NCBI GenBank assembly: GCA_963836955.1
Contig: CAWILO010000005.1
Coordinates: 207,466 to 271,465, forward strand
Direction of reading: 5' to 3'
DNA length: 64,000 bases
Source: an uncultured delta proteobacterium
GTDB taxonomy: Bacteria; Desulfobacterota; Binatia; Binatales; Binataceae
The translations under genes and the position numbers were made by a program. The notes beneath the pieces were generated by a model that saw only the letters and a program-made list of their open reading frames with translations, searched no databases and was not told the origin of the DNA. Positions 1 to 9,446 of this stretch are shown piece after piece. Positions within the stretch are counted from its first letter, which is position 1. Every line of letters starts with the position of its first letter.

Positions 1-1011
1 CCGGCGACGCTCGGCAATCAGCGCGAATATGCGCGGCTCGCCAAAGAGCGCTCGCAGCTTTCCGAGGCGGCGCATTGCGCGCGCGAATATATCCGCGTCG
101 CGGACGAAATCGCGGGCCACAAAGCGATCCTCGACGGCGACGACGCCGACTTGCGTGAACTCGCCAAGGCCGAGATGCCGGCATTGCAGAAAAATCTCGC
201 GGCACTCGAAGAGAAGCTCAAGGAGCTGCTGACGCCGCGCGATCCCAACGACGAGAAGAACGTTATCCTGGAAATACGGGCGGGCACTGGCGGGGAAGAA
301 GCATCCCTCTTTGCCGGTGACCTGTACCGGATGTACACCCGCTACGCCGAGCGGCATGGATTCAAGATCGAGCCGCTGAGCCTGAGCGAGACCGGACTGG
401 GCGGAATCAAGGAAGTGATCGCGCTGGTCAGCGGGCGCGGCGCATACTCGCGGCTGAAGTACGAAGGCGGAGTGCATCGCGTGCAGCGGGTGCCGGAGAC
501 GGAAGGCTCGGGACGCATCCACACGTCGGCGGTGACGGTCGCGGTAATGCCGGAGGCGGATGAGGTCGAGGTCAATATAAATGAGGCCAAGGACCTGCGA
601 ATCGACGTGATGCGCGCGTCGGGGCCGGGCGGGCAGAGCGTCAACACGACAGACTCTGCGGTGCGAATCACGCACATACCGAGCGGCATGGTGATCATTC
701 AGCGTGACGAGAAATCGCAGCACAAGAACAAGGCGAAGGCGTTGAAAATCCTGCGGGCGCGGCTGCTGGAGCAGGCGCAGTCGGAGCAACAGGCGAAAAT
801 CGCGCAGACGCGGAAATCGATGGTGGGGACGGGCGACCGATCGGAGCGAATCCGCACGTACAATTTTCCGCAATCACGCGTGACAGACCATCGCGTCAAC
901 GTGACAATTCATCAGCTCGACAATTTTCTCGACGGCGACGTCGATCCGATCATCGACGCGCTGGCGGCCTACGATCGCGAGCAGTCGCTGAGCGCGTCAG
1001 CGCAGCCATGA
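1..1011 (+). CDS. prfA: peptide chain release factor 1, 5' end truncated by window edge
   Basis: Frame-1 ORF runs from the window start to 1011. It carries the GGQ motif (RASGPGGQSVNTTDSAVRITHIPSG) and RF1-type domain order, and sits upstream of prmC as in the conserved operon. Confidence 0.9.
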   Translation, partial: PATLGNQREYARLAKERSQLSEAAHCAREYIRVADEIAGHKAILDGDDADLRELAKAEMPALQKNLAALEEKLKELLTPRDPNDEKNVILEIRAGTGGEEASLFAGDLYRMYTRYAERHGFKIEPLSLSETGLGGIKEVIALVSGRGAYSRLKYEGGVHRVQRVPETEGSGRIHTSAVTVAVMPEADEVEVNINEAKDLRIDVMRASGPGGQSVNTTDSAVRITHIPSGMVIIQRDEKSQHKNKAKALKILRARLLEQAQSEQQAKIAQTRKSMVGTGDRSERIRTYNFPQSRVTDHRVNVTIHQLDNFLDGDVDPIIDALAAYDREQSLSASAQP

Positions 1012-1886
1012 GCGACGCGCTCGCGCGGCGCGCGTTGCAGGAGATAGACAAGGCGGCGCGGCGGCTCGCTGACGCGGGCATCGAATCGTCGCGACTCGAC
1101 GCGGAACTCCTGATGGCGGCGGCGACAGGCGTTACGCGCGAGGCGGTGCTCACTGGCTCAATCGAACTGTCACCGCCGACACTGAAAAATTTCGACGCTT
1201 CGATCGCACGGCGCGAAAAGCGCGAGCCGGTCGCGTACATTCTCGGGCACAAGGAATTCTATTCGCTAGATTTCGAGGTCAGTCCTGCAGTGCTGATTCC
1301 GCGACCTGAGACGGAATTCGTTGTCACCGCGGCACTCGAGTGTATTGCAGGGAAAGCCAATGCACGCGTACTCGACATCGGCACTGGATCGGGCGCAATT
1401 GCGATCGCGATCGTTGTCAACGCGCCGAACATGCAGGTCACGGCGATCGATATTTCTGCCGACGCGATTGCGGTGGCGTCGCGCAACGCCCGGATTCATC
1501 GGGTCGAGGATCGCGTGACGCTGCGGCGCGCCGACTGCTTCGATGTCCTCGATGGTCGCGCGGCCCTCGGCTCGTTCGACGCTATAGTCTCAAATCCGCC
1601 TTACCTGGATGACGCGGAGATCGCAGCCTTGGAGCCCGATGTGCGCGGCTACGAGCCGCGGGTTGCGATGAGCGCGGGAGCGGGCGGGCTCAACATTCTT
1701 CGACGGATTGTGGCGGGCGCGCCGGCGCATCTTGCGAACGACGGCGAGCTGATCGTGGAAGTGGCGGCGGGGCAGGCTGCTGCGGTCGCGAAACTCTTCG
1801 AGGAAGCAAGCTTGAAGGTCGTCTCTGTGATAAACGATCTCGCGGGGCGTCCGCGCGTCGTGCGCGCGCGAAGGGCAGGGGCGTAG
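1008..1886 (+). CDS. prmC: release factor glutamine N5-methyltransferase
   Basis: SAM-binding motif VLDIGTGSGAIAI and catalytic NPPY motif (VSNPPYL). Start overlaps the prfA stop (ATGA). Confidence 0.85.
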   Translation: MSDALARRALQEIDKAARRLADAGIESSRLDAELLMAAATGVTREAVLTGSIELSPPTLKNFDASIARREKREPVAYILGHKEFYSLDFEVSPAVLIPRPETEFVVTAALECIAGKANARVLDIGTGSGAIAIAIVVNAPNMQVTAIDISADAIAVASRNARIHRVEDRVTLRRADCFDVLDGRAALGSFDAIVSNPPYLDDAEIAALEPDVRGYEPRVAMSAGAGGLNILRRIVAGAPAHLANDGELIVEVAAGQAAAVAKLFEEASLKVVSVINDLAGRPRVVRARRAGA

Positions 1887-1892
1887 TCAGCA

Positions 1893-3149
1893 ATGGAAAA
1901 AATGATAATTCACGGCGGTGCTCCGCTGCGCGGAACCGTCACGCTGAGCGGCAGTAAGAACGCCGCGCTGCCTATCATGATGGCGGCGCTGCTCACGTCG
2001 GAGCCGATTCAGCTCAGCAACGTGCCGCGGCTGCGCGACGTGAAAACCGCGATGGAGCTGCTCATCCAGCTCGGCGTCGCAGCGCGCTGGATCGATGAGC
2101 ATCGGGTCGAGCTTCACGCGGCAAAGGTTACCTCGCACGAGGCCTCGTACGAACTGGTCAAGACGATGCGCGCGTCGTTCGTCGTGCTTGGTCCGTTGCT
2201 GGCGCGAACCGGACGCGCGCGCGTTTCGACTCCGGGAGGATGCGCGATAGGCGCACGGCCGGTAAATTTGCATATCTCGGGAATTCGCTCGCTCGGCAGC
2301 AAGATCCAGTTTCGTCACGGCTACGTAGAGGCGCATGCCGAGAAACTGACCGGTGGCAGAATCTGGCTGGATTCGCCGTCGGTCGGCGCGACCGAGAATA
2401 TTTTGATGGCGGCGGTCACCGCACATGGTCACACCACGATCGAAAATGCGGCGCGCGAGCCTGAGGTTCAGGATCTCGCACGGCTGCTGGTCAAGATGGG
2501 TGCGAAAATTAGCGGCGCCGGCACGCACGTACTGGAAATCGAGGGAGTCGACCGGCTGCACGGAGCCGAGCACGAAGTCATACCAGACAGAATCGAGGCT
2601 GGCTCGATGATGGTGGCGGCGGCGATCACTGGTGGTGACGTCACGATTGCAAATGCTCCGATCGAGCATCTCGACGCGGTCGCGACCAAGCTGCGCGAGG
2701 CGGGCGTCATGGTCGAGGCGAATGGAAAAGGCCTTCGCGTCACGCGCAACGACAAAATCAAGTCGGTCGAGCTGCGCACGCTGCCGTACCCGGGGTTTCC
2801 TACAGATCTCCAGGCGCAGATGATGGCGATGCTGACGCAGGCGGACGGCACCTCGGTCATCACGGAGACGATTTTCGAAAACCGGTTCATGCATGCGCAG
2901 GAACTGGCTCGCATGGGCGCCGACATCGTGATGAAGGGACCGACCGCCGTTGTCCGCGGGCCGTCGAAGCTGAGCGGCGCTCCGGTCATGGCGACCGATC
3001 TGCGCGCCAGCATGGGTTTGATAATCGCGGGGCTCGCGGCAACACACACGACCGAGCTGAGCCGTATCTACCATCTCGACCGCGGCTATGAGGCGCTCGA
3101 CGCCAAACTGTCGCGACTCGGCGCGCGAATCGAGCGCGCCCAGGAATAG
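1893..3149 (+). CDS. murA: UDP-N-acetylglucosamine 1-carboxyvinyltransferase
   Basis: 418 aa with MurA N-terminus (IHGGAPLRGTVTLSGSKNAALPIMMAALL) and full-length EPT fold pattern. Confidence 0.9.
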   Translation: MEKMIIHGGAPLRGTVTLSGSKNAALPIMMAALLTSEPIQLSNVPRLRDVKTAMELLIQLGVAARWIDEHRVELHAAKVTSHEASYELVKTMRASFVVLGPLLARTGRARVSTPGGCAIGARPVNLHISGIRSLGSKIQFRHGYVEAHAEKLTGGRIWLDSPSVGATENILMAAVTAHGHTTIENAAREPEVQDLARLLVKMGAKISGAGTHVLEIEGVDRLHGAEHEVIPDRIEAGSMMVAAAITGGDVTIANAPIEHLDAVATKLREAGVMVEANGKGLRVTRNDKIKSVELRTLPYPGFPTDLQAQMMAMLTQADGTSVITETIFENRFMHAQELARMGADIVMKGPTAVVRGPSKLSGAPVMATDLRASMGLIIAGLAATHTTELSRIYHLDRGYEALDAKLSRLGARIERAQE

Positions 3150-3179
3150 TTCGAAGCAGTTTCTAAAGGTTCAATTCGC

Positions 3180-4589
3180 ATGAGGCCCCGGGTTCTCAAG
3201 TCCCAGACTCCTGAGTTTAGAAAATTTCTCGCGGCGATACTTGCGCGCCGCGGCGGCGACGACAGCGCCGGCGTCGATCAAGCGGTCGCGAAGATAATCG
3301 CCGACGTGCGCAAGCACGGCGATCGTGCGCTGATCGATCTGACGGCAAAGTTTGACGGCGTGAAGCTTACCCCAGCGACGATTCGGGTGACGCCCGCCGA
3401 GCGGCATTCAGCGATCAATCGAATTGCGGCTGAAGATCGCCACGCGCTGGAGCTGGCTGCGGAACGAGTCGCGGAGTTCCATCGCCGCACGATGGAGAAA
3501 TCGTTCATCTATCGTGACAAGTCGGGGATGCGCCTCGGCCAGATGGTCCAACCAATGCACCGGGTTGGAATCTACGTGCCCGGTGGACTCGGCGCGTATC
3601 CGTCGTCGGTGTTGATGAATGCGATTCCCGCCAAGGTCGCGGGCGTTGCGGAAATCGTGATGGTCTCGCCACCGTCGGCGGAGGGCGAGCGACTCGCGGT
3701 GCTTGCGGCCGCGGAAATCGCGGCCGTCGACGAATTCTACCGCGTCGGCGGAGCGCAGGCGGTCGCGGCGCTCGCATACGGCACGGAAACTATCAAGCCG
3801 GTCGACAAAATCGTCGGGCCCGGCAACGCCTTCGTACAGGCCGCCAAGCGGATGGTTTACGGCGTTACCGATATCGACAAGATGGCGGGGCCGAGCGAGG
3901 TGCTGGTGATAGCCGACGAGCGCGCGCGTCCCGAATGGATCGCCGCCGACCTGATCGCGCAGGCCGAGCATGGTTCGGGCGACGAGGCGGCCGTGCTGCT
4001 GACAACGTCGGCGAGTATCGCGCAGCGCGTGGCCGAGGAGATCGAAATCGCGCTGAGAAGCCTGCCGCGTGCCCGCCAAGTCGAGGCCGCACTGGTCAAA
4101 AGGGGAGCGATGGTCGTCGTACAGGATTTGAATGAGGCCTTCGACCTGGCCAACGAGATAGCACCGGAGCATCTCGAGCTCGACGTGCGCAATCCGTCGC
4201 GATGGCTGCCGAGGGTCAAAGCGGCGGGCGCGGTTTTTCTCGGGCCGCTGACGCCGGCTCCGCTTGGCGACTATCTTGCGGGCCCGAATCACGTGCTGCC
4301 GACGGGCGGAGCGGCGCGTTTCGCGTCGCCTTTGGGTGCATACGATTTCCTGAAACGAACCAGTATAATCGAGGCCTCGATGGGCGCGATTGCGGCGCTC
4401 GGACCGGCCGTGGCGCATCTGGCGCGGATGGAAGGGTTCGAGGGTCATGCGCGCGCGATGGAACTTCGAGCGGGCGCTGATGGGAAGGCGAAACGGGCAG
4501 GCGGAAATCGAAATGCAAAGCCGGCAGGGGTGACCTCTGCACCCAGTATTAATGCAAAACAAACGAAAGAAACTACGAAACGAAACTAA
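3180..4589 (+). CDS. hisD: histidinol dehydrogenase with an unusual basic C-terminal tail of about 35 aa
   Basis: 469 aa. HisD-like throughout (GIYVPGGLGAYPSSVLMNAIPAKVAGV; QAEHGSGDEAAVLL). Typical HisD is about 430 aa; the Lys/Arg-rich tail overlaps the hisB start. Confidence 0.85.
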   Translation: MRPRVLKSQTPEFRKFLAAILARRGGDDSAGVDQAVAKIIADVRKHGDRALIDLTAKFDGVKLTPATIRVTPAERHSAINRIAAEDRHALELAAERVAEFHRRTMEKSFIYRDKSGMRLGQMVQPMHRVGIYVPGGLGAYPSSVLMNAIPAKVAGVAEIVMVSPPSAEGERLAVLAAAEIAAVDEFYRVGGAQAVAALAYGTETIKPVDKIVGPGNAFVQAAKRMVYGVTDIDKMAGPSEVLVIADERARPEWIAADLIAQAEHGSGDEAAVLLTTSASIAQRVAEEIEIALRSLPRARQVEAALVKRGAMVVVQDLNEAFDLANEIAPEHLELDVRNPSRWLPRVKAAGAVFLGPLTPAPLGDYLAGPNHVLPTGGAARFASPLGAYDFLKRTSIIEASMGAIAALGPAVAHLARMEGFEGHARAMELRAGADGKAKRAGGNRNAKPAGVTSAPSINAKQTKETTKRN

Positions 4590-5217
4590 GACGGCCGGTG
4601 CAGTCACGCTACTGCCGCCTGCCAAGTCGAAGCGTAGCGCGGAGGTCGAGCGCAAGACACGAGAGACTTCGGTGACCGTCGCACTGAAGCTCGACGGAGC
4701 AGGGCGTGGCGAAGCAAAGACCGGGGTGCCGTTCCTCGATCACATGCTGGAAAGTTTCGCGCGGCACGGATTTTTCGACCTCAAGGTCGAAGCCAGCGGC
4801 GATTTACATATAGACGATCACCACACGGTCGAGGACGTCGGGATCGTCGTCGGCAAGGCGTTTCGACAGGCGCTCGGCGATCGCGCCGGAATCAAGCGCT
4901 TTGGCGAGGCCACGGTCCCGCTCGACGAGGCCGTATGTACGGCGATTGTCGATATCAGTGGGCGCGCGTATCTCGGCTACAACGTCCTGATCAGCCAGGA
5001 ACGGGTCGGCAACTTCCAGACCGAGTTGGTGCATGACTTCATGAAGGCGCTGACGGACGAAGTCGGGATGAATCTGCATCTCAACCTGGTCAGCGGCCGC
5101 AACCCGCATCACATAATCGAGGCGACTTTCAAGGCGTTGGCGCGCGCGATGGACCATGCGACGGCGCGCGAGCCGCGGCTTTCCGGCGTGCTTTCGACCA
5201 AGGGCACGCTCAGCTAG
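4552..5217 (+). CDS. hisB: imidazoleglycerol-phosphate dehydratase
   Basis: IGPD motifs (RSAEVERKTRETSV; HIDDHHTVEDVGIV; GRNPHHIIEATFKA). The N-terminal 27 aa are non-conserved and the start is uncertain; the only in-frame ATG is at 4552. Confidence 0.8.
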   Translation: MQNKRKKLRNETKTAGAVTLLPPAKSKRSAEVERKTRETSVTVALKLDGAGRGEAKTGVPFLDHMLESFARHGFFDLKVEASGDLHIDDHHTVEDVGIVVGKAFRQALGDRAGIKRFGEATVPLDEAVCTAIVDISGRAYLGYNVLISQERVGNFQTELVHDFMKALTDEVGMNLHLNLVSGRNPHHIIEATFKALARAMDHATAREPRLSGVLSTKGTLS

Positions 5218-5222
5218 CCAGC

Positions 5223-5960
5223 TTGTTCGAGAAGTTCACCGTTATTCCCGCAATCGACCTGAAGGGCGGCAAAGTCGTGCGTCTGCTGCGCGGCGACATG
5301 AACCAGGCGACCGTCTATGGCGGCGACCCCGGTCAGACCGCACGAAGTTTCGAGGAAGAGGGCGCAGAGCTTATTCACATCGTCGATCTTGACGGTGCAA
5401 TCGCCGGGGCTCCGCGGAATGTCGACGCGATCGCGAAAATTCGGGCGGCGGTGAAATGCGCGATCGACGTCAGCGGCGGGCTCCGGACGATCGAGTCAGT
5501 TCGCGCGGGATTCGCGGCCGGGGCGGACAGGATCTCGATTGGCTCGGCCGCGTTGCTCGATCCAGAGTTGCTGACTCGGGCGTGTATCGAATTCCCCGGG
5601 CGAGTCTTCGGCTCAATTGACGTGCGGGACGGGCGGCTGACCATCAAGGGATGGGTGGAAACGAGTGAGCTCACGATCGCCGATGCGGCCGCTCGGTTTC
5701 GCACCGCGGGTGTCGCCGCTGTGATATTGACGGACGTCTCCCGCGACGGTGCGCAGACGGGAGTCGATGCGACGCGAGCGGCGGAGACCGCCAAGACGGT
5801 CCAGCTGCCGGTGATTGCGTCGGGCGGTGTCGCGAGCCTCGAAGACATTCGAACCCTTCGAGCAAGATTCGAGGCCGGAATCGTGGGCGTCGTCGTGGGA
5901 CGGGCTCTGTACGAAGGCAATTTCAGGCTGAGCGACGCGCTTTCAGCAGCTCGCAGTTAA
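5223..5960 (+). CDS. hisA: ProFAR isomerase (HisA)
   Basis: 245 aa with the HisA/HisF TIM-barrel N-terminus (VIPAIDLKGGKVVRL) and the C-terminal PVIASGGV motif. Confidence 0.85.
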   Translation: MFEKFTVIPAIDLKGGKVVRLLRGDMNQATVYGGDPGQTARSFEEEGAELIHIVDLDGAIAGAPRNVDAIAKIRAAVKCAIDVSGGLRTIESVRAGFAAGADRISIGSAALLDPELLTRACIEFPGRVFGSIDVRDGRLTIKGWVETSELTIADAAARFRTAGVAAVILTDVSRDGAQTGVDATRAAETAKTVQLPVIASGGVASLEDIRTLRARFEAGIVGVVVGRALYEGNFRLSDALSAARS

Positions 5961-5989
5961 CCGGACATCCGATTCGAACGTATCGCGAG

Positions 5990-6418
5990 CGTTGTCGCTA
6001 TAGCTACTTAATAACCCTCTAAATAGCCACGCCCTTTCTTTGTTTCCCTTGTGATTCAGGTAGTTGGTCTGGCCATAGGGCTCCGCACAGGCGCGACGCC
6101 AGCAGGCGTCGTAGTGTGCGTATTTGCTTACAGACGGTTAATTGAGGTCAATGCCCAATATTTCATGGCTATAGTCAGATTGAGTGGACATAGTATGCTT
6201 GACATATGCATGATGTATGTAGAAAATGTCGAAACTGGATATAGACATGAATTCTCAGTCTGAACTAAACGTAACCTATCAAGAGCAAATAGCGACCAGG
6301 ACTGAGTTGTCTAAATGGCGTATGTTGGTATTAGCTAGTAGATATCTTCTACATAATGGGTAGATTATCCTACAATCTGTAAAGTCACCGAGAGCGTGGG
6401 AGTATATCGATTCCCGCG
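5990..6418. promoter_or_regulatory. AT-rich (about 40% GC) non-coding leader upstream of the flp pilin genes; probable promoter and regulatory region
   Basis: About 430 bp with no credible ORF and a sharp GC drop relative to flanks. It lies directly upstream of the flp pilin genes. Confidence 0.35.
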
Positions 6419-6454
6419 ATGATTGATCGAAGTAAACGGACGGAGGGACACGAA

Positions 6455-6625
6455 ATGGATCTGATCAGGAAACTGTACGTGAAGGGCGACACGTTCGCGC
6501 GCGGCCAGACGATGGCTGAGTATGCGCTTATCCTCGCAGCCGTCGCAGTGATTGTCTACGCCGGATACCAGACGATGGGCACGACGATCACCGCGCTGCT
6601 AACCAGCGTCGACGGCAAGCTGTAG
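6455..6625 (+). CDS. flp: Flp/Fap family pilin, copy 1
   Basis: Prepilin processing motif G/QTMAEYALI followed by a hydrophobic helix (LAAVAVIVYAGY). The ORF finder starts at 6419; the ATG at 6455 (MDLIRK) is more likely. Confidence 0.7.
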   Translation: MDLIRKLYVKGDTFARGQTMAEYALILAAVAVIVYAGYQTMGTTITALLTSVDGKL

Positions 6626-6719
6626 TCGAACGGATATCGTCGCCAAGAACAGAGTTGGCCAAACCCCGGTGGGAGGCGTCGCGCCCCCACCTAACCAGGG
6701 CAGTTGGGAGCGCGTTTGT

Positions 6720-6887
6720 ATGGACCTGCTGAAAAGGGTGGCGGGGTTTTTCCGCCTGTCGAGGGGGCAGACGATGGCGGAGTATGCGTTGCTCCTGGCG
6801 TCCGTGGCGGTCATCGCCTATGCCGGCTATCAGAAGATGGGCACGTCCATCACGGCGGTACTGAGCAACGTTGATAGCAAGCTATAG
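6720..6887 (+). CDS. flp: Flp/Fap family pilin, copy 2 (tandem paralog)
   Basis: Same G/QTMAEYALL motif and hydrophobic core. C-terminus TAVLSNVDSKL parallels copy 1 (TALLTSVDGKL). Likely start is MDLLKR at 6720. Confidence 0.7.
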   Translation: MDLLKRVAGFFRLSRGQTMAEYALLLASVAVIAYAGYQKMGTSITAVLSNVDSKL

Positions 6888-7056
6888 GTGGTCGAACTGT
6901 CTGATCCTGACGCGTCAAGGGGCGATGTATCGCCGTTGCCACTGGAAGTAGCAAGCGAGCCAACGTCGCGAAGGGTTTTTGGCGAAAAAGGAATAGAAAC
7001 AAATGCACTTTGGCTGGCACAGCCGATGCGTGTCTGGGCTAACGCTGGAGAAGCGT

Positions 7057-7596
7057 ATGGGTACCTTTGACCGTCGCAGAGTAGACCAGGCCCGCTCAAT
7101 CCCACCGACCGCCGGACCTTCACGTTTCGGAGTGGCGAAGGGTCAGACCGCGGTCGAGTTCGCCATGGTCGCGCTACTTTTCTTTTTGCTGATCTTCGCG
7201 GTCATAGACTATGCGCGGGCTTTTTTCGTGCAGATGAACGTTCAGCAGGCGGTGCAGGATGCGGGACGGTTTGCGTCCACCGGCAACCATCTTACGAATC
7301 CCTCAACCGGCGCCCCTGATACTCGCGTACAGTCAATCATTCAGACGGTTGAAAACGAGGTTGTGGGAGTGCCCGGAGTAAATCCCAACAATCTTCAAAT
7401 TTCCGCCGTATCGGCCACCACCGGCGCGCCGACCGCAGGGGCGGGCGGCCCGGGAGACATCGTGACGCTGAGCCTCACCACCAACCTGCCATTGATGACA
7501 CCCCTGATTGCTCGGCTATTTTCCGGCGGGAATTATACCTTCATTTCGAGCGCGACTTTCAAGAACGAACCCTTTGACCCCGCCAACACGAACTAG
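7057..7596 (+). CDS. tadE: TadE-like pseudopilin
   Basis: TadE-like N-terminus GQTAVEFAMVALLFFLLIFAVIDYARAF. Likely start is MGTFDRR; the ORF finder started at 7003. Confidence 0.65.
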   Translation: MGTFDRRRVDQARSIPPTAGPSRFGVAKGQTAVEFAMVALLFFLLIFAVIDYARAFFVQMNVQQAVQDAGRFASTGNHLTNPSTGAPDTRVQSIIQTVENEVVGVPGVNPNNLQISAVSATTGAPTAGAGGPGDIVTLSLTTNLPLMTPLIARLFSGGNYTFISSATFKNEPFDPANTN

Positions 7597-7607
7597 GCTA
7601 GCGAAAG

Positions 7608-8153
7608 ATGTCATCGTCGTATCGTGCCGCCCGCAAGAAGCTCACATCAGCCGAATCCGGTCAGGCGGCGGTAGAGCTTGCGATGATCGTGACCCTGCTC
7701 TCGATTCTCATTTGCGCTGCGATCGATTTCGGCCGCGCGCTGAATTACATGCAGATTATCGCGGAGCTGACCCGACAAGGCTCGATGCTGGCGTCACGCG
7801 GTGAGCCCCTGGCAAACGCCGTCAAAGACGTAGGTACTGGGTCATCGGGCCTGGATCTAAGCGCCGGCTCCACAAAAGGCGAAGTCATTATTACCCAGGT
7901 TACCAACGTAAACGGCACCTATACCATCACCGGCCAGTCATCGCAGGGAAGTTTGGGGGCAGCCAGTAAGGTGGGGTCAGGAGTCGGAGCTACGGCTACC
8001 GTACCGTCTTCAGTGAGTGGCGACCTCCAAGTAGGCCAGACAATTTTCGTTACCGAGATATTCTACACATTTCAGCCGTTCACTCCGATCGGAGCAATGA
8101 CAAATAACGCCGTCTCCCTGCCGTCGACGCTATATGACTCGGCATATTTCTAA
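7608..8153 (+). CDS. tadF: TadE/TadF-like pseudopilin (second paralog)
   Basis: N-terminus GQAAVELAMIVTLLSILICAAIDFGRAL matches the TadE-like pattern. Confidence 0.6.
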   Translation: MSSSYRAARKKLTSAESGQAAVELAMIVTLLSILICAAIDFGRALNYMQIIAELTRQGSMLASRGEPLANAVKDVGTGSSGLDLSAGSTKGEVIITQVTNVNGTYTITGQSSQGSLGAASKVGSGVGATATVPSSVSGDLQVGQTIFVTEIFYTFQPFTPIGAMTNNAVSLPSTLYDSAYF

Positions 8154-8168
8154 GGACAACTGAAAGAG

Positions 8169-9407
8169 GTGAGTCTCTTGCATCAAAGAAAAACTGACAA
8201 ACACGAGAAGGGGCAAATTTTCATAGTGCTCGCCATCCTGATCCCTATTCTGATTGTGTTTGTCGGTCTTTCAGTCGACCTTGGTATGGCTTACTTAACC
8301 AAGACGACGTTGTCCAAGGCGGTCGATGCGGCCGCGCTCGCTGCCATGCGCAATATCAATCAAGGCCAGTCCAAGGCTGCCGCCGTCGCGACCAGTGCGT
8401 TTAACGCCAACTATCAGAGTGTACTGGGCTTTAGCGGCAATACCCCGACGCCCACAGTGGCGTGGAGTACAGACGCCAACGGAAACACGCTTGTTACTAT
8501 AAGTGCCACGGCCACACTCAACACATCCTTCATCCGAGTGTTGTCGATCCTGCCCGGGGTCGGCAGCACCTATAATACGTTGAGCATCTCTGAAAGCGCA
8601 CAAGCCATTCGCAATCCGCTGGTGATGTCGCTGATATTGGACAGATCGGGCTCCATGAATAACAACGGCGGAGCGGCCGCGCTTCCGGGCGCTGTGACCA
8701 CGTTTATAAGTTATTTCGATCAGACTGTGGACAACGCCGCTGAAATCAGTTTCTCGGGCGCCGACACCGTCGATTTCAAGATGAATACCAGCTTCATTCA
8801 GCCGATTACGAATGCAGTGGAAGGTCTGACTTACTCAGGCGGTACCTTCGCCCAAGGCGGCTTGCAAGACGGAGAAGCGCAGATTCTGACTAAGCCGCTG
8901 ACTCCGAACATAATAAGAGTAGCGGTCTTTTTTACCGACGGTTACGCCAATACCAACAACGACAACCTGCAATGTAATCCTCCGTCCCTCAAGACCACGA
9001 ACAGGAACTACGGCGGATGCGCGCCTATCGAGTTCGGCACGGTCTTTTTTATGAATCCGGCAACGGGTGATTGGAACGGGAACAACTGTAATGCGAAAAC
9101 CTTTCCCGTGCAGGCGCCGGGCGTCGGCAACTCGATGAACGTAACCAACATCACCAACGATGCGACTTATCGAACTGAGCAACTCGCCACCAAGATGCGC
9201 ACGAATGACAAGATTACGATTTACTCGATCGGGCTGGGCAACCTGATTATCAAGCCGTACCTGCAAGATATCGCCAATGATCCTGCCGCCGCCACGTACG
9301 ACGCCACGCAGCCAGTCGGCCAGGCGGTCTTCGCACCTGACGCGAGCCAGTTGCAGACCGTGTTCCAGATCATCGCGTCAAAGATTCTGCTGCGCCTCTC
9401 GCAATAG
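8169..9407 (+). CDS. tadG: TadG-like Flp pilus-assembly protein with a von Willebrand factor A domain
   Basis: N-terminal TM plus Tad-like segment (GQIFIVLAILIPILIVFVGLSVDLGMAY). vWA MIDAS motif LILDRSGSM, with downstream FFTDG and SIGLG motifs. Confidence 0.7.
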   Translation: MSLLHQRKTDKHEKGQIFIVLAILIPILIVFVGLSVDLGMAYLTKTTLSKAVDAAALAAMRNINQGQSKAAAVATSAFNANYQSVLGFSGNTPTPTVAWSTDANGNTLVTISATATLNTSFIRVLSILPGVGSTYNTLSISESAQAIRNPLVMSLILDRSGSMNNNGGAAALPGAVTTFISYFDQTVDNAAEISFSGADTVDFKMNTSFIQPITNAVEGLTYSGGTFAQGGLQDGEAQILTKPLTPNIIRVAVFFTDGYANTNNDNLQCNPPSLKTTNRNYGGCAPIEFGTVFFMNPATGDWNGNNCNAKTFPVQAPGVGNSMNVTNITNDATYRTEQLATKMRTNDKITIYSIGLGNLIIKPYLQDIANDPAAATYDATQPVGQAVFAPDASQLQTVFQIIASKILLRLSQ

Positions 9408-9446
9408 AGACGCCCGCACGCTATTACCAGCTCTCACACACCCGGG

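Noticed and set aside
1887-3074. Long antisense ORFs opposite murA, hisD, the acyl-CoA synthetase, sppA etc. (e.g. 1887..3074, 3408..4655, 10549..11511, 15058..15867, 30115..31815)
   Set aside because: These are typical high-GC artefacts. The sense-strand genes have clear conserved motifs, while the antisense products are Arg/Ala-rich with no recognisable features.
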